A program made the translations under genes and the position numbers. Shown here one piece after another: positions 7,699 through 16,663 of a DNA stretch of 26,107 nt (position 1 is the stretch's first letter; each line of letters begins with the position of its first letter). This DNA comes from Bdellovibrionota bacterium (GTDB lineage Bacteria > Bdellovibrionota_C > UBA2361 > OMII01). Where the stretch lies: the NCBI GenBank assembly GCA_044356215.1, contig JBIKWQ010000049.1, forward strand, positions 1-26,107. Reading direction: 5' to 3'. The notes under the pieces are model-generated. The model saw only the letters and a program-made list of their open reading frames with translations, was not told the DNA's origin and made no database searches.

Positions 7699-9810
7699 TC
7701 ACACAACAACCTCTCCCTCCATATACCTTGGGGGTTTTACCCCAAAGAGCGACAGCACCGTAGGGGCTAGGTCGGTTATATGCGGAGATCTCTTGGTTAG
7801 CTTCCTGTTAGTGAATAATACACCAGGGACAAGTTCCGGGTCGATGTGGTGATCGCCACTCCAGGCCTTTAAATTATCAGAGAAGACCTCTTGTTCGATT
7901 GTGCCAGTGATGGAGTCCCAACTAACCCGGTAACCAGGGTGGTATCCAACTATTAAGTCTGGGGCCTCATCTTTATAAAGCCCGCGATAAGAGGCCTGCG
8001 AGTCGTGCACTTTTTTAATGGCGCTCTCCCCATTCTCTGGATCTGTTAGTTGTTCTAGGGCTTGAATTATTTGCTGTTTAAGAGTCGCCACTTCGTGTGG
8101 TTCAACAATCCCGTTGGCCTCGCGCCCTTTTCGGTTTAAATAGATCCCAGATAGCCCGATAGCAAACGCCTTGGTGCGGGTCCAGTCAACGTCCTGAAAG
8201 TAATCGGCACCGACCTCTTTGTTGTCCTTTAGGTATAGGAAGCCGTTTTGTTTAAGCCAGGTATTTAAATTTATACACCGCCTAAATGAGGCGAAGCCGT
8301 GGTCGCTTAGGACAAAAAGATGGTCGTTAGGATTTAATCTCTCACGAGCTTGTCCAACAAGTTGGTCCATCTTGATATACATCTGACGGATCGTGTCGCC
8401 GAACCTCTCTTTATCCTCAAGCGGTGATGGGTGCCTGTCATCTATATAGCGCCAGAACATGTGTTGGATCCTATCGCTTGCGTCAAACACACAGGCGCAG
8501 AGACCTTCGCGAGTCTTTGAGAGCGCTTCAAAAAACATCTTCACGCGCTCGTCGTGAGTGAGGTAGGTCTGCTCGAGGAACCTAGCGTCATCAAGAGCTA
8601 GTTCGTTTCTTCCCCAAGTATCCTCCATCAGCCCTAGGGTGCCGTAGAGCCCGTGTTTCTTCGCGAGCCAGCCAGAGAAGATAGCTGGCTGAGAGATCGG
8701 AAGGGCGGGTTTCTCGGGGTGGATATTGATCGGAGAGATATAGAGAGAAAACTTATTATCTGAAGACGATCTTAAACAGAAACGAGCGATCCCATGGACC
8801 TTTGGTGTTCTCTCAGAGGAGAATGTAATCTCAACCCACGGTGAGAAGGTGTCCTTAGCTAACTGAATTGTTTTTGAGGCTATTGTAAGCTCTCCAATTC
8901 CAAGCTCTCGGTTAACCCTAAGTTTAAAGGGCATAACAGACGCGGTTATTCCATCTTTACCTGGCGGCCCAGAGATCTCACCACAGAGGAGATCTCCCTC
9001 CCTTAAAAACTCCCTGGAATCGCCGCCAGTCGCGCGCCCTGATTGGCCGTTGCCTTCAGTAAAATAGGTAAAGCTTCCTTGAGTTCCCTTTAGGTCGGGG
9101 GTGCACATAGCGGAGAGGATGTTTCCGTTAAATCTCTCTGGTGGATAAGAGATCGGTACTCTAATGATATTAGAGAAAACACCGTGCTCGCCTAAGATCT
9201 TCCAAAAAGCTTGGCTTTTGCGTGTTATAACAACAGAAGCGGTGGTCTTCTTAAACTTGATTCCGATAATTTTTCGAATCTTCTCAGAGGTTCGCGTCTC
9301 TGTTGAGGCTAACTGTGGCAGGCAGTGGCGCTTGTCGCGGGTGAGGAAATCAAAGATATTGTGTGCGCCAGGATTAACGCCAGTTTGAAAGCTTGACCAG
9401 GCTACTGGTGATAGAGCTGGTAGAGTTGTTCCTAATCTGGCGAAGCTCCCCTCTGCCTTAAGCGCTGAGAGATTCGGGAGCACCCCTTCAGCCATATAGC
9501 GCTCGGTAAGAGATGGCTCGAGACCATCTAGGCCAATTATAACAACTCTTTTGGCTCGAGCGCTTTTAGGGATCCCACGCCTAGTCGCTTTTCTAATGAT
9601 CCATTGAAGGGGCCAGAAAAGCAGGGTTAGCAGAGCCATTCCAAGCGTTAGCACGAAGACTAGCGTAGAGCCTAGAAAGGCGAATCCGGCACCTGGACCG
9701 ATGTAGGCGTGAGCTAGCGACGGCCAGCAGCAAAAAAAGATAGCACCAAGTCCTACTAGTTTTGAGCTACTGCAGATATCCGAGTGATTTAAGCTGCTCA
9801 ATGGTTTCAT
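7699..9810 (-). CDS. Membrane-anchored alkaline phosphatase superfamily protein (phosphodiesterase/NPP family), paralog of 3711..5762
   Basis: Signal-like segment ending AHA|YIGPGAGF, then a TM helix and basic patch; VVIIGLDGLE; PALSPVAWSSFQTG; DRIQH; VLSDHGF; WSGDH; ITDLAPTVL. Start uncertain: ATG 9810 is preferred over the track's 9849, though both overlap the upstream gene. Confidence 0.85.
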   Translation of the reverse strand: MKPLSSLNHSDICSSSKLVGLGAIFFCCWPSLAHAYIGPGAGFAFLGSTLVFVLTLGMALLTLLFWPLQWIIRKATRRGIPKSARAKRVVIIGLDGLEPSLTERYMAEGVLPNLSALKAEGSFARLGTTLPALSPVAWSSFQTGVNPGAHNIFDFLTRDKRHCLPQLASTETRTSEKIRKIIGIKFKKTTASVVITRKSQAFWKILGEHGVFSNIIRVPISYPPERFNGNILSAMCTPDLKGTQGSFTYFTEGNGQSGRATGGDSREFLREGDLLCGEISGPPGKDGITASVMPFKLRVNRELGIGELTIASKTIQLAKDTFSPWVEITFSSERTPKVHGIARFCLRSSSDNKFSLYISPINIHPEKPALPISQPAIFSGWLAKKHGLYGTLGLMEDTWGRNELALDDARFLEQTYLTHDERVKMFFEALSKTREGLCACVFDASDRIQHMFWRYIDDRHPSPLEDKERFGDTIRQMYIKMDQLVGQARERLNPNDHLFVLSDHGFASFRRCINLNTWLKQNGFLYLKDNKEVGADYFQDVDWTRTKAFAIGLSGIYLNRKGREANGIVEPHEVATLKQQIIQALEQLTDPENGESAIKKVHDSQASYRGLYKDEAPDLIVGYHPGYRVSWDSITGTIEQEVFSDNLKAWSGDHHIDPELVPGVLFTNRKLTKRSPHITDLAPTVLSLFGVKPPRYMEGEVVV

Positions 9811-11158
9811 CTTTAATTTTCTCATCCGTTGTGGATTGAGATACGACAATCTTTAGCGCTGAGGTGTGAATTTCGCTAAAAGCGCCCCTTAGTTTAGCCT
9901 CAAGCCCCTTATTTTGAACAGGCTGAGTGCACGCGTATTCTTGCTTTGAGTTGAAAAGTCCTACAACGCCTGGGGCAACCCAATTCTCGAGGGATCTCGC
10001 TAGATCGGGGTTGTTTTCGTCGAATCTGACATCCATAATCAAACGATTGCCAGGCAGATCCGTAATCGATTTCATATCATACTTCTTGCGTATCTCAGAC
10101 ATAACACCACGTCTTGTTTTTAGCGCGACTTCGTCAAGAAGAGAGACTCCTGGCAGGTTTTCAGGTCTTTTCATGCTGAGCCGATCAAGGATGGTTGGCA
10201 CGATGTCAATGGTGCTCACGGTCTCCCCTATAACTCTTCCTTGGTCGCCCCGGCGACCTGTTTTGATTATAAGGGGGATGTGTACCTCCTCATTAAAAAG
10301 TTTATATCCGTGGCGCAGATCACCGTGTTCCATAAACTGCTCTCCATGGTCAGATACAACTACTATCATCAGTTCATCGTAGAGTTTTTTATCTTTTAAG
10401 TATTCAAAGAACTTACCAAGCTCGCTGTCTAGGAAGGCGATCTCAGCGTCGTAGAGGTTAATTAGATTCAGCATCTCCTCATCGTATGTAAAAGGGGATC
10501 TGGCTAGAGCGCCGCGAAATCTTCCAGCGTACTCGCTAGGGGGATTGTAGGGCGCGTGAGGATCTAGAAAATGCAGATAGAGAAAAAAAGGCTCTGCAAG
10601 TCCGCTCCTAGATAATTGCTCTATAATTTCTCTCCCTGATTCAGTGACCTTATTAGCGGGTGCACGAGCAATAAAGTGGAACTCGTCAAAACCTTGAGCG
10701 TATCCAAACTGCTTCGTAATCCAAGGGTTCGGACTCACCCCGGCTGTTCTATAACCTGCGTCCTTTAACATTTCAGGTAGGAGATAGAGCTCATGACTAA
10801 GACGAGAGGTTCCCTGCAAAGCCACATCTCGGTCGTTGGGTGGGGTCATCCTGTGAGAAGAGGGATAGAGGCCGGTGAACATCGACGCAATGGAGGCTGG
10901 TGTCCAGGGCGCGGCGGTCATAGCGAATGCCGCCTTTAGATTCTCCTTCGCGAAGGCATCTAACGCTGGCGATGTCTCACGCTCGTAGCCGTATCCACTC
11001 AGGTGGTCGGCTCGCACGGTATCAAGCATTAGGAAGATTATGTTAGGTTTCTTGTCTCGTGATTTGTCGCCATTCGAGCACGACGTGGCGCTGAATACAA
11101 AGCAGAGCGCGATTAGGCAGCGTAACGCCAATAAATAGCGTGGTTTTCCGTGTTTCAT
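9767..11158 (-). CDS. Sulfatase-like lipoprotein (AlkP superfamily) with C-terminal LKSLGYLQ tail
   Basis: Lipobox-like FSATSC; PNIIFLMLDTVRADHL; AAPWTPASIASMFTG (Thr, no C/SxPxR); HFLDPHAPY; VVSDHGE..EHG...HG. Confidence 0.9.
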   Translation of the reverse strand: MKHGKPRYLLALRCLIALCFVFSATSCSNGDKSRDKKPNIIFLMLDTVRADHLSGYGYERETSPALDAFAKENLKAAFAMTAAPWTPASIASMFTGLYPSSHRMTPPNDRDVALQGTSRLSHELYLLPEMLKDAGYRTAGVSPNPWITKQFGYAQGFDEFHFIARAPANKVTESGREIIEQLSRSGLAEPFFLYLHFLDPHAPYNPPSEYAGRFRGALARSPFTYDEEMLNLINLYDAEIAFLDSELGKFFEYLKDKKLYDELMIVVVSDHGEQFMEHGDLRHGYKLFNEEVHIPLIIKTGRRGDQGRVIGETVSTIDIVPTILDRLSMKRPENLPGVSLLDEVALKTRRGVMSEIRKKYDMKSITDLPGNRLIMDVRFDENNPDLARSLENWVAPGVVGLFNSKQEYACTQPVQNKGLEAKLRGAFSEIHTSALKIVVSQSTTDEKIKDETIEQLKSLGYLQ

Positions 11159-11270
11159 AGAGGATTAACAGTACCTTAAAAGATGAGTATCTGAAAAGAT
11201 AATTGGTGGCTGGACTTTCCATCAATAAAAGCCCCAGAATGCGATATATAAAAACTTAGCCGAACTTCTT

Positions 11271-11702
11271 ATGCCCCGCGCTCAATCCACCCCCAACCTC
11301 TCTCCCTTGCCACCCCGTAAGCGCATAGCGTTAGTGGCGCACGACAACAAGAAACCGGAACTCTGCGCGTGGTCGAGGTCTCACCGTGATGTGCTCTCTA
11401 AACACGAGCTCTTTGGAACTGGTACAACCGGCGCGCTGATAGAGCGGGAGCTGGGAATCCCTGTAACAAAAAGCGTCTCAGGGCCACTTGGGGGAGACCA
11501 GCAGATAGGAGCCATGATAGTCGAGCAGCGGCTAGATATGTTAATTTTTTTCTGGGACCCCCTTACTTCGCAGCCCCACGACCCAGACGTCAAAGCGCTT
11601 CTTAGAATCGCGGCGCTGTATGAGATTCCAGTCGCCTGCAATCGTGCGAGCGCTGATTTTCTTTTGACTAGCTCTTTGATGGGTGGGGAGTATAGGAGGT
11701 AG
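11271..11702 (+). CDS. mgsA: Methylglyoxal synthase
   Basis: IALVAHDNKK, GTGTTG, SGPLGGDQQIG, FFWDPL...PHDPDVKALLR and PVACNRASADFL are the canonical MgsA motifs. Confidence 0.97.
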   Translation: MPRAQSTPNLSPLPPRKRIALVAHDNKKPELCAWSRSHRDVLSKHELFGTGTTGALIERELGIPVTKSVSGPLGGDQQIGAMIVEQRLDMLIFFWDPLTSQPHDPDVKALLRIAALYEIPVACNRASADFLLTSSLMGGEYRR

Positions 11703-11705
11703 TAG

Positions 11706-12617
11706 CTACTCCCGAGACCTCCTCCCAAAATCATCCGCCGGTTCCACATGAACCAGGACTTTTCTGACTTGCGGAAACTCCTCATGAATCCTCTCTCCCA
11801 CATCATGCGCCACATTGTGGCCATCGCGGATGGTTGAGTCGGGATCGCACAAGACATCTAGATCGACAAAATAATCAAACCCAACTTTGCGAACGTGGCA
11901 TTTATGCGTTCCTAAAACACCTGGAACCGTCGTTGCCACGGAGCGGACTCTTTTTATTAATTCGGGATCGGGGGCTGTGTCGATCAGCTCTAATACGGCG
12001 GGTCTTATTAGCATCGCCGCGTTAGTAGCTATCACAACGCTGGCTATAAGAGCAGCAAAGTCGTCGGCTGCCTCGTATCCGGGGCCACCTATAAGGGCGA
12101 TTGAGATACCAACAAACGCGGCGAGACTTGTTATGGCATCAGCGCGGTGGTGCCAGGCGTCGGTCTTTAAAGCTGTACTTGAGATAGTTTCGCTCGCTGA
12201 AAGAACCGAGCGAAATAGACACTCCTTAACAATTATCACCAAGATAAGTACCACTAGGGTAAATGGCGCAGGAGCGTGGTGTGGCGTAGCGATCTCTTTA
12301 ACGCTCTCCACGGCGATTATTATAGCTGCCGCGAAAAGAATCAGCGAAACGATCGCTGCCGAGAGAGGCTCAAATTTGCCGTGACCGTAAGGATGCCTCT
12401 CATCAGCCGGTTTTCCAGCCATTCTAAGCCCGAACGCGACTACCCCAGAGGTGATAATATCAGAGGCTGATTCAATAGCGTCGGCTACCAGGGCGTAAGA
12501 GTGTCCAACAATTCCGGCGACACCCTTAGTGATCGCGAGGAGGATATTAACTATTATTCCTAGCCTGGCTTTGTTTAGCCCCAAGCTAGTCGCCTCTTTG
12601 GTGGTGATCGGTTTCAC
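11706..12617 (-). CDS. Cation diffusion facilitator (FieF/YiiP-like) transporter
   Basis: SYALVADAIESASD, KPADERHPYGHGKFE, DAWHHRAD, C-terminal dimerisation domain ending VLVHVEP. GTG start 3 bp after the redoxin stop. Confidence 0.93.
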   Translation of the reverse strand: MKPITTKEATSLGLNKARLGIIVNILLAITKGVAGIVGHSYALVADAIESASDIITSGVVAFGLRMAGKPADERHPYGHGKFEPLSAAIVSLILFAAAIIIAVESVKEIATPHHAPAPFTLVVLILVIIVKECLFRSVLSASETISSTALKTDAWHHRADAITSLAAFVGISIALIGGPGYEAADDFAALIASVVIATNAAMLIRPAVLELIDTAPDPELIKRVRSVATTVPGVLGTHKCHVRKVGFDYFVDLDVLCDPDSTIRDGHNVAHDVGERIHEEFPQVRKVLVHVEPADDFGRRSRE

Positions 12618-12620
12618 AGA

Positions 12621-13232
12621 CTAGTACTTAACTGAGCATCCGTAAGAGTCGGTGTTAGCTGGATCTGGCCGGGAATTGCTAGCCAACGCCTTTACCGCCG
12701 ATAGCGCGTAGTTTGACGCTTGAGCGATATCATCTGAGCTAGTTGATGGTGTGCTATCGATTGCGCCCGTGTAAGCCAGCATGCCCTCTGAATCTACCAC
12801 AAAGATATGTGGCGTGGTTTTAGCTCCGTAAGCGCGGCCAACTTTTCCTTCTGGATCTAGGAGAAGGTGCTCAGGGTTTAATCCACTATCCTTGGCGGCG
12901 ACAGCGGCCTCATCTGCGCTAATATGCCCCTGCTTGCCGGGCGCTGATGAGTTGATCGTTAGCCACACCGCGCCAAGCTCGCGTGCTTGACCCTGAAACT
13001 TGGGCATATCACCCTTAGAGTAAAACTTTTTAACGAATGGACATCCGGGATTAAACCACTCAAGTACAACGGTCTTTCCATTAAAAGATTTAAGAGAGAT
13101 CGGCTGCCCAAGCGCGTTATTGAGGGTGAAATCAGGTGCGCGATCGCCAGCGACTGGTTGCTGGGCGTGAAGATTAACAGCAGCGCAAAAAAAGGCCGTG
13201 ATCGATAGGATGTAGCGAGAGAGAGTTTTCAT
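12621..13232 (-). CDS. Exported redoxin / thioredoxin-fold (AhpC/TSA-like) protein
   Basis: Signal peptide; GDRAPDFTL; VVLEWFNPGCPFV; YGAKTTPHIFVV; YGCSVKY terminus. Confidence 0.9.
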   Translation of the reverse strand: MKTLSRYILSITAFFCAAVNLHAQQPVAGDRAPDFTLNNALGQPISLKSFNGKTVVLEWFNPGCPFVKKFYSKGDMPKFQGQARELGAVWLTINSSAPGKQGHISADEAAVAAKDSGLNPEHLLLDPEGKVGRAYGAKTTPHIFVVDSEGMLAYTGAIDSTPSTSSDDIAQASNYALSAVKALASNSRPDPANTDSYGCSVKY

Positions 13233-13289
13233 AGGATGGGGGCTTTTTAGGTAGGCCAGCTTTACTTGTATATTCGTTTGAGTTGCGTG

Positions 13290-13826
13290 GGGTCAATCCC
13301 TAAATGTGGGTGTGAATCGTGAACGTGCTCGTGCACATAATACGGTAGATGCTTTCTACGCGGCCTCTTTCTCCTGCACCTGCACCTATCTCCTCCTCTT
13401 CATCTACAGATAGATAGGTGAAATAAGCAAAGGTAAATCTCCGTGGCTCTCCGCGACCTAGATGTAGAATTTATTCTAAGATAGTTCTACAGGCTCAAGG
13501 GAAGAGGAAACCACAGGAACACAGAGGGGGGAATATAATTTAATCGTGGCCTGGATGACTCTTTGGATTATTACCTCTGTGATACTCTGTGTACCTCTGT
13601 GGTTTTCTCCCTATCCGCAACATCTAGAATGGAACCGCAGAACACAGAGGATCACAGAGGCTAGGATTAAAGGAGCATCTTTCGGAGCGCGGCGCTCCCG
13701 CGCCGCTTAGTGTGGGCTTGCCCTAGGCTTGGTTATCGCTATTCCCCTGTAACAGCTATTCATCGCTTCGTGGCCCCCCTACCTAAAATAGCTTATTTGA
13801 TGTAAACTCTATTTAGGGATTGACCC
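13290..13826. mobile_element. 537-bp non-coding segment bounded by perfect 16-bp inverted repeats (possible MITE-like composite element)
   Basis: GGGTCAATCCCTAAAT (13290-13305) and ATTTAGGGATTGACCC (13811-13826) are exact reverse complements. No ORF inside and no clear target-site duplication. Confidence 0.55.
13498..13660. repeat. Three alternating-orientation CACAGAG-type REP-like units
   Basis: AAACCACAGGAACACAGAGG (about 13508-13527, forward); CCTCTGTGATACTCTGTGTACCTCTGTGGTT (13574-13604, reverse); AACCGCAGAACACAGAGGATCACAGAGG (13633-13660, forward). Confidence 0.8.
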
Positions 13827-13877
13827 TATTTGTTGATTCGTCGTACTAGGCGCAAAAAAGCCAATAAAAAAGCACCG

Positions 13878-16070
13878 CTATCCCCCAATCCTCCCCAACA
13901 CATCACTAACTATCCCAGGTGTTAAGATATTAGGCAGAATTATCGGCTCTTTATCTGGCCCAATCAGCAATACATTGAGCGGCACACCGTTTCTGCCGTA
14001 GCGCCTTAATGCCGCTGTTATAACTGGATTCTTCGAGGTCCAATCTCCGCGCATCAGGGTAACGTTTTTCTGAGCTATCAGATCCTTTACCTTTTGTGAT
14101 CCAAAAGCAACGCGTTCATTAACTTGGCAGGTGATACACCACTCCGCCGTAAAATCGAGAAATACCGGGCGTCCCTGAGCGAGGATCTTAACTAAGCGAT
14201 CCTCCGAATAGGATTCCCATAGCAGTCCGTGTGAATCGGTAAAAGAAACGATATCGCCACTCGGAGCGCAGGCGCGCGCGCGACTCTCATCGACATCCTC
14301 CGCTGATGGAATAGCGAGCCAGATAGCCCAAGCAAAACTTACTAACGCGACCACACGAGCTAAAAGCGATGTTCTTTTCGATATAAATCTCCCGGATCGC
14401 GATATCAACCAGAAAGCAAAAGCGATCATCAAAATCGCCCAAAGAAGATTGATCACCACATTTAATCCGGGTGGCTCAAATCCCATCTGACGAGCAAAGA
14501 CTCTGGCTAGCCAGACAACCGAGGCGAATAGCGGGAAAGCCATTAGCTGCCTAAAGCTCTCCATCCACTCGCCCGGTTTGGGAAGGAACCGCATTAGATC
14601 TGGGCGAAAAGAGAGTACGAGATAGGGCGCGCTCATTCCGCAAGCAAGAGCTGTAAATATTAAGAAGGTAAGCGCTGTTGGAAGTGTCAGGGTGGCGGCT
14701 AGGGCAGTGCTCATAAATGGAGCGGTACAAGGTGTCGCGACAGCGGTAGCAAGAGCGCCACTGGCGAAGGAGCCCAAGTAATTAGTCGAAACACGCCATC
14801 TCCCAAAAAAACTCTGTGCTCTTAGGCCGACATTAATCTCTGAAAGTAGTAGGAGACCTAAAATTAAAAACACTAAACACATCACCGCGACAAATGTCGG
14901 GGACTGGAGTTGAAAGCCCCAGCCCAAAAGTTCACCGCCCGCGCGAACTGAGGTGATAACAGCGGCTAAGATCCAGAAAGAGAGTAGCACCCCAGCAGAG
15001 AAGAATAGACCGTGGTTCCTGGTGACACGTGGGTCGTGGTCCGAGTGCTCAAGGAAGCTTATGATCTTAATCGATAGAACGGGGAATACACACGGCATTA
15101 AATTTAGGATAACTCCGCCGATAAAAGCGAAGATTAACGCCACCAAGAAACCTGTTTGTGGTTCTGATAGCGCGCTGTCTAGGTCGTTATTATGACCTGG
15201 ATTAAGCGGATCGGCTGGCTCCCCAGCTTCAGGATTAGTATCGATAGTTACAGCTTTAGGTTGACCACTCGGTGACCAACCACTCTGTGATACCAAGACC
15301 CCGCGGATTCTCCCGAGTGGCTCACGATTGCTCGGATCGCGAGCGAGGGAGAGGCGCAGAGCGTCGCCATCGCGAGATATCCGTTGCTCACGAGAGTTTG
15401 AGATAACGCGGCGGTCCTCTGGGAAAAAGACGATATCGCTTGGAAGCGCGCGTTGTTCAATTGGGATAAGAGCCACTGTTATCTGACTCTGCTCCTCCTC
15501 CACGGCGATCGACACGCGCTCCAATGGCGCTGGTATCCGCTCGTAAGCGCTCTCAAATAACTTAGCCGATGCGGATGGAAATCCAGCCTCTTTTTTCACT
15601 GGGAGGTTGATTTTTAAAGCTCCCTCTCCGGGGAGACACTCGTCTTTGCAGACTAGCCATTCGAGATTGACGGCAACGGTTATCTGAGAGTTCTTGGTCG
15701 AGCTTGATACCGTGGCTGGAACGGGGATTAGAACATCTCCGTAACCGTAATTTACCAAAGGTCCAGTAGTCAGGCGCTCAGGGTACGGCCAGAGGGGAGC
15801 TTTTACATTTACAGAGTTGTCGCTTGAGCTCCACTTGAACTTAGGCGCGAGCCCTGAATCACCAGGATTTTTCCAGTAGATGTGCCAGCCGTGCTCGAGT
15901 TCAAATTTGACACCTAAGGTGAAAGAGGAGCCTGGTGTGACCGAATCCTGATCGGCTATTAAGGTCGCCGAGATATGTTTATCTGAAACCTTATTAGAGT
16001 CAGCGCAGCCCGAGATGATGTACGAGCAGAGGATGAGGAGGATGTAATTAAAGAGCCGGTTAGATATCAT
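13878..16070 (-). CDS. dsbD: Thiol:disulfide interchange protein, DsbD family (N-terminal Ig-like domain, TM domain, thioredoxin domain)
   Basis: GWHIYWKNPGDSG; WLVCKDECLP; LNLMPCVFPVLSIK; ATPCTAPFM; FLPKPGEWM; FLDFTAEWCITCQVNE; RNGVP. N-terminal lipobox-like IISGC. Confidence 0.92.
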   Translation of the reverse strand: MISNRLFNYILLILCSYIISGCADSNKVSDKHISATLIADQDSVTPGSSFTLGVKFELEHGWHIYWKNPGDSGLAPKFKWSSSDNSVNVKAPLWPYPERLTTGPLVNYGYGDVLIPVPATVSSSTKNSQITVAVNLEWLVCKDECLPGEGALKINLPVKKEAGFPSASAKLFESAYERIPAPLERVSIAVEEEQSQITVALIPIEQRALPSDIVFFPEDRRVISNSREQRISRDGDALRLSLARDPSNREPLGRIRGVLVSQSGWSPSGQPKAVTIDTNPEAGEPADPLNPGHNNDLDSALSEPQTGFLVALIFAFIGGVILNLMPCVFPVLSIKIISFLEHSDHDPRVTRNHGLFFSAGVLLSFWILAAVITSVRAGGELLGWGFQLQSPTFVAVMCLVFLILGLLLLSEINVGLRAQSFFGRWRVSTNYLGSFASGALATAVATPCTAPFMSTALAATLTLPTALTFLIFTALACGMSAPYLVLSFRPDLMRFLPKPGEWMESFRQLMAFPLFASVVWLARVFARQMGFEPPGLNVVINLLWAILMIAFAFWLISRSGRFISKRTSLLARVVALVSFAWAIWLAIPSAEDVDESRARACAPSGDIVSFTDSHGLLWESYSEDRLVKILAQGRPVFLDFTAEWCITCQVNERVAFGSQKVKDLIAQKNVTLMRGDWTSKNPVITAALRRYGRNGVPLNVLLIGPDKEPIILPNILTPGIVSDVLGRIGG

Positions 16071-16171
16071 GAGAAGATTTTTGCTAAGGGTAGCGAGTTA
16101 GATCAGTGTAGCCGCAGATATGGAGCTGGGGAAGAGAGGAGGTGATGGTGGAATACCGGTTAATGGTAAAT

Positions 16172-16663
16172 CTAAGCAGCTACGCCTGGGGCATCAGCAG
16201 GAGTGTGTGTAGTCGCCACAGCCATGGATGATGGTTTAATCGTCCCTGTCCCAAATGGATCCATTAGCTGAGCGATTTGTTCTGGGAGGCGATTTGTATT
16301 TATGTCAATCATAAATTCAAAACACGATGCCAAGTTTACCTCTTGCTCCTTAGCAGCCGCTTCAGCATCCGCTGCCAACTTGGCATCAACGTAGCGCGCG
16401 GCTTCCGCAATTCTCTCGAGGCCAACGAGAATCGGCGCAACGTATTCTTCTCTTAACTGGCTTAACGGGCCATTTGATAGTCCGACGAATTCCGCGAATG
16501 AAGTGCCAGGGCTAAATCCCTCTCTACCAACAGCAGAGGTAAAAGTTATAAAAGAATCTGAGGTTTCAGGTGTAAAGCCAGCCCCCACAAGCATAGAGTC
16601 AACAGCGGCCGCATTTTGGCCCCTGTCACCTACGTTCTGGATCTGAGTCGTTAGCCTTAGCAT
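16172..16663 (-). CDS. Hypothetical protein (163 aa)
   Basis: Open frame with protein-like composition, co-oriented with its neighbours. No motif recognised. Confidence 0.55.
   Translation of the reverse strand: MLRLTTQIQNVGDRGQNAAAVDSMLVGAGFTPETSDSFITFTSAVGREGFSPGTSFAEFVGLSNGPLSQLREEYVAPILVGLERIAEAARYVDAKLAADAEAAAKEQEVNLASCFEFMIDINTNRLPEQIAQLMDPFGTGTIKPSSMAVATTHTPADAPGVAA

Noticed and set aside
5779..11158. Calling the two sulfatase-like proteins true arylsulfatases
   Set aside because: Both lack the C/S-x-P-x-R formylglycine signature.
13456..13630. NrdR-box-like cores CTAGATGTAG and CAACATCTAG
   Set aside because: No ribonucleotide reductase gene nearby and poor flanking match. Better explained as part of the nested inverted repeats.
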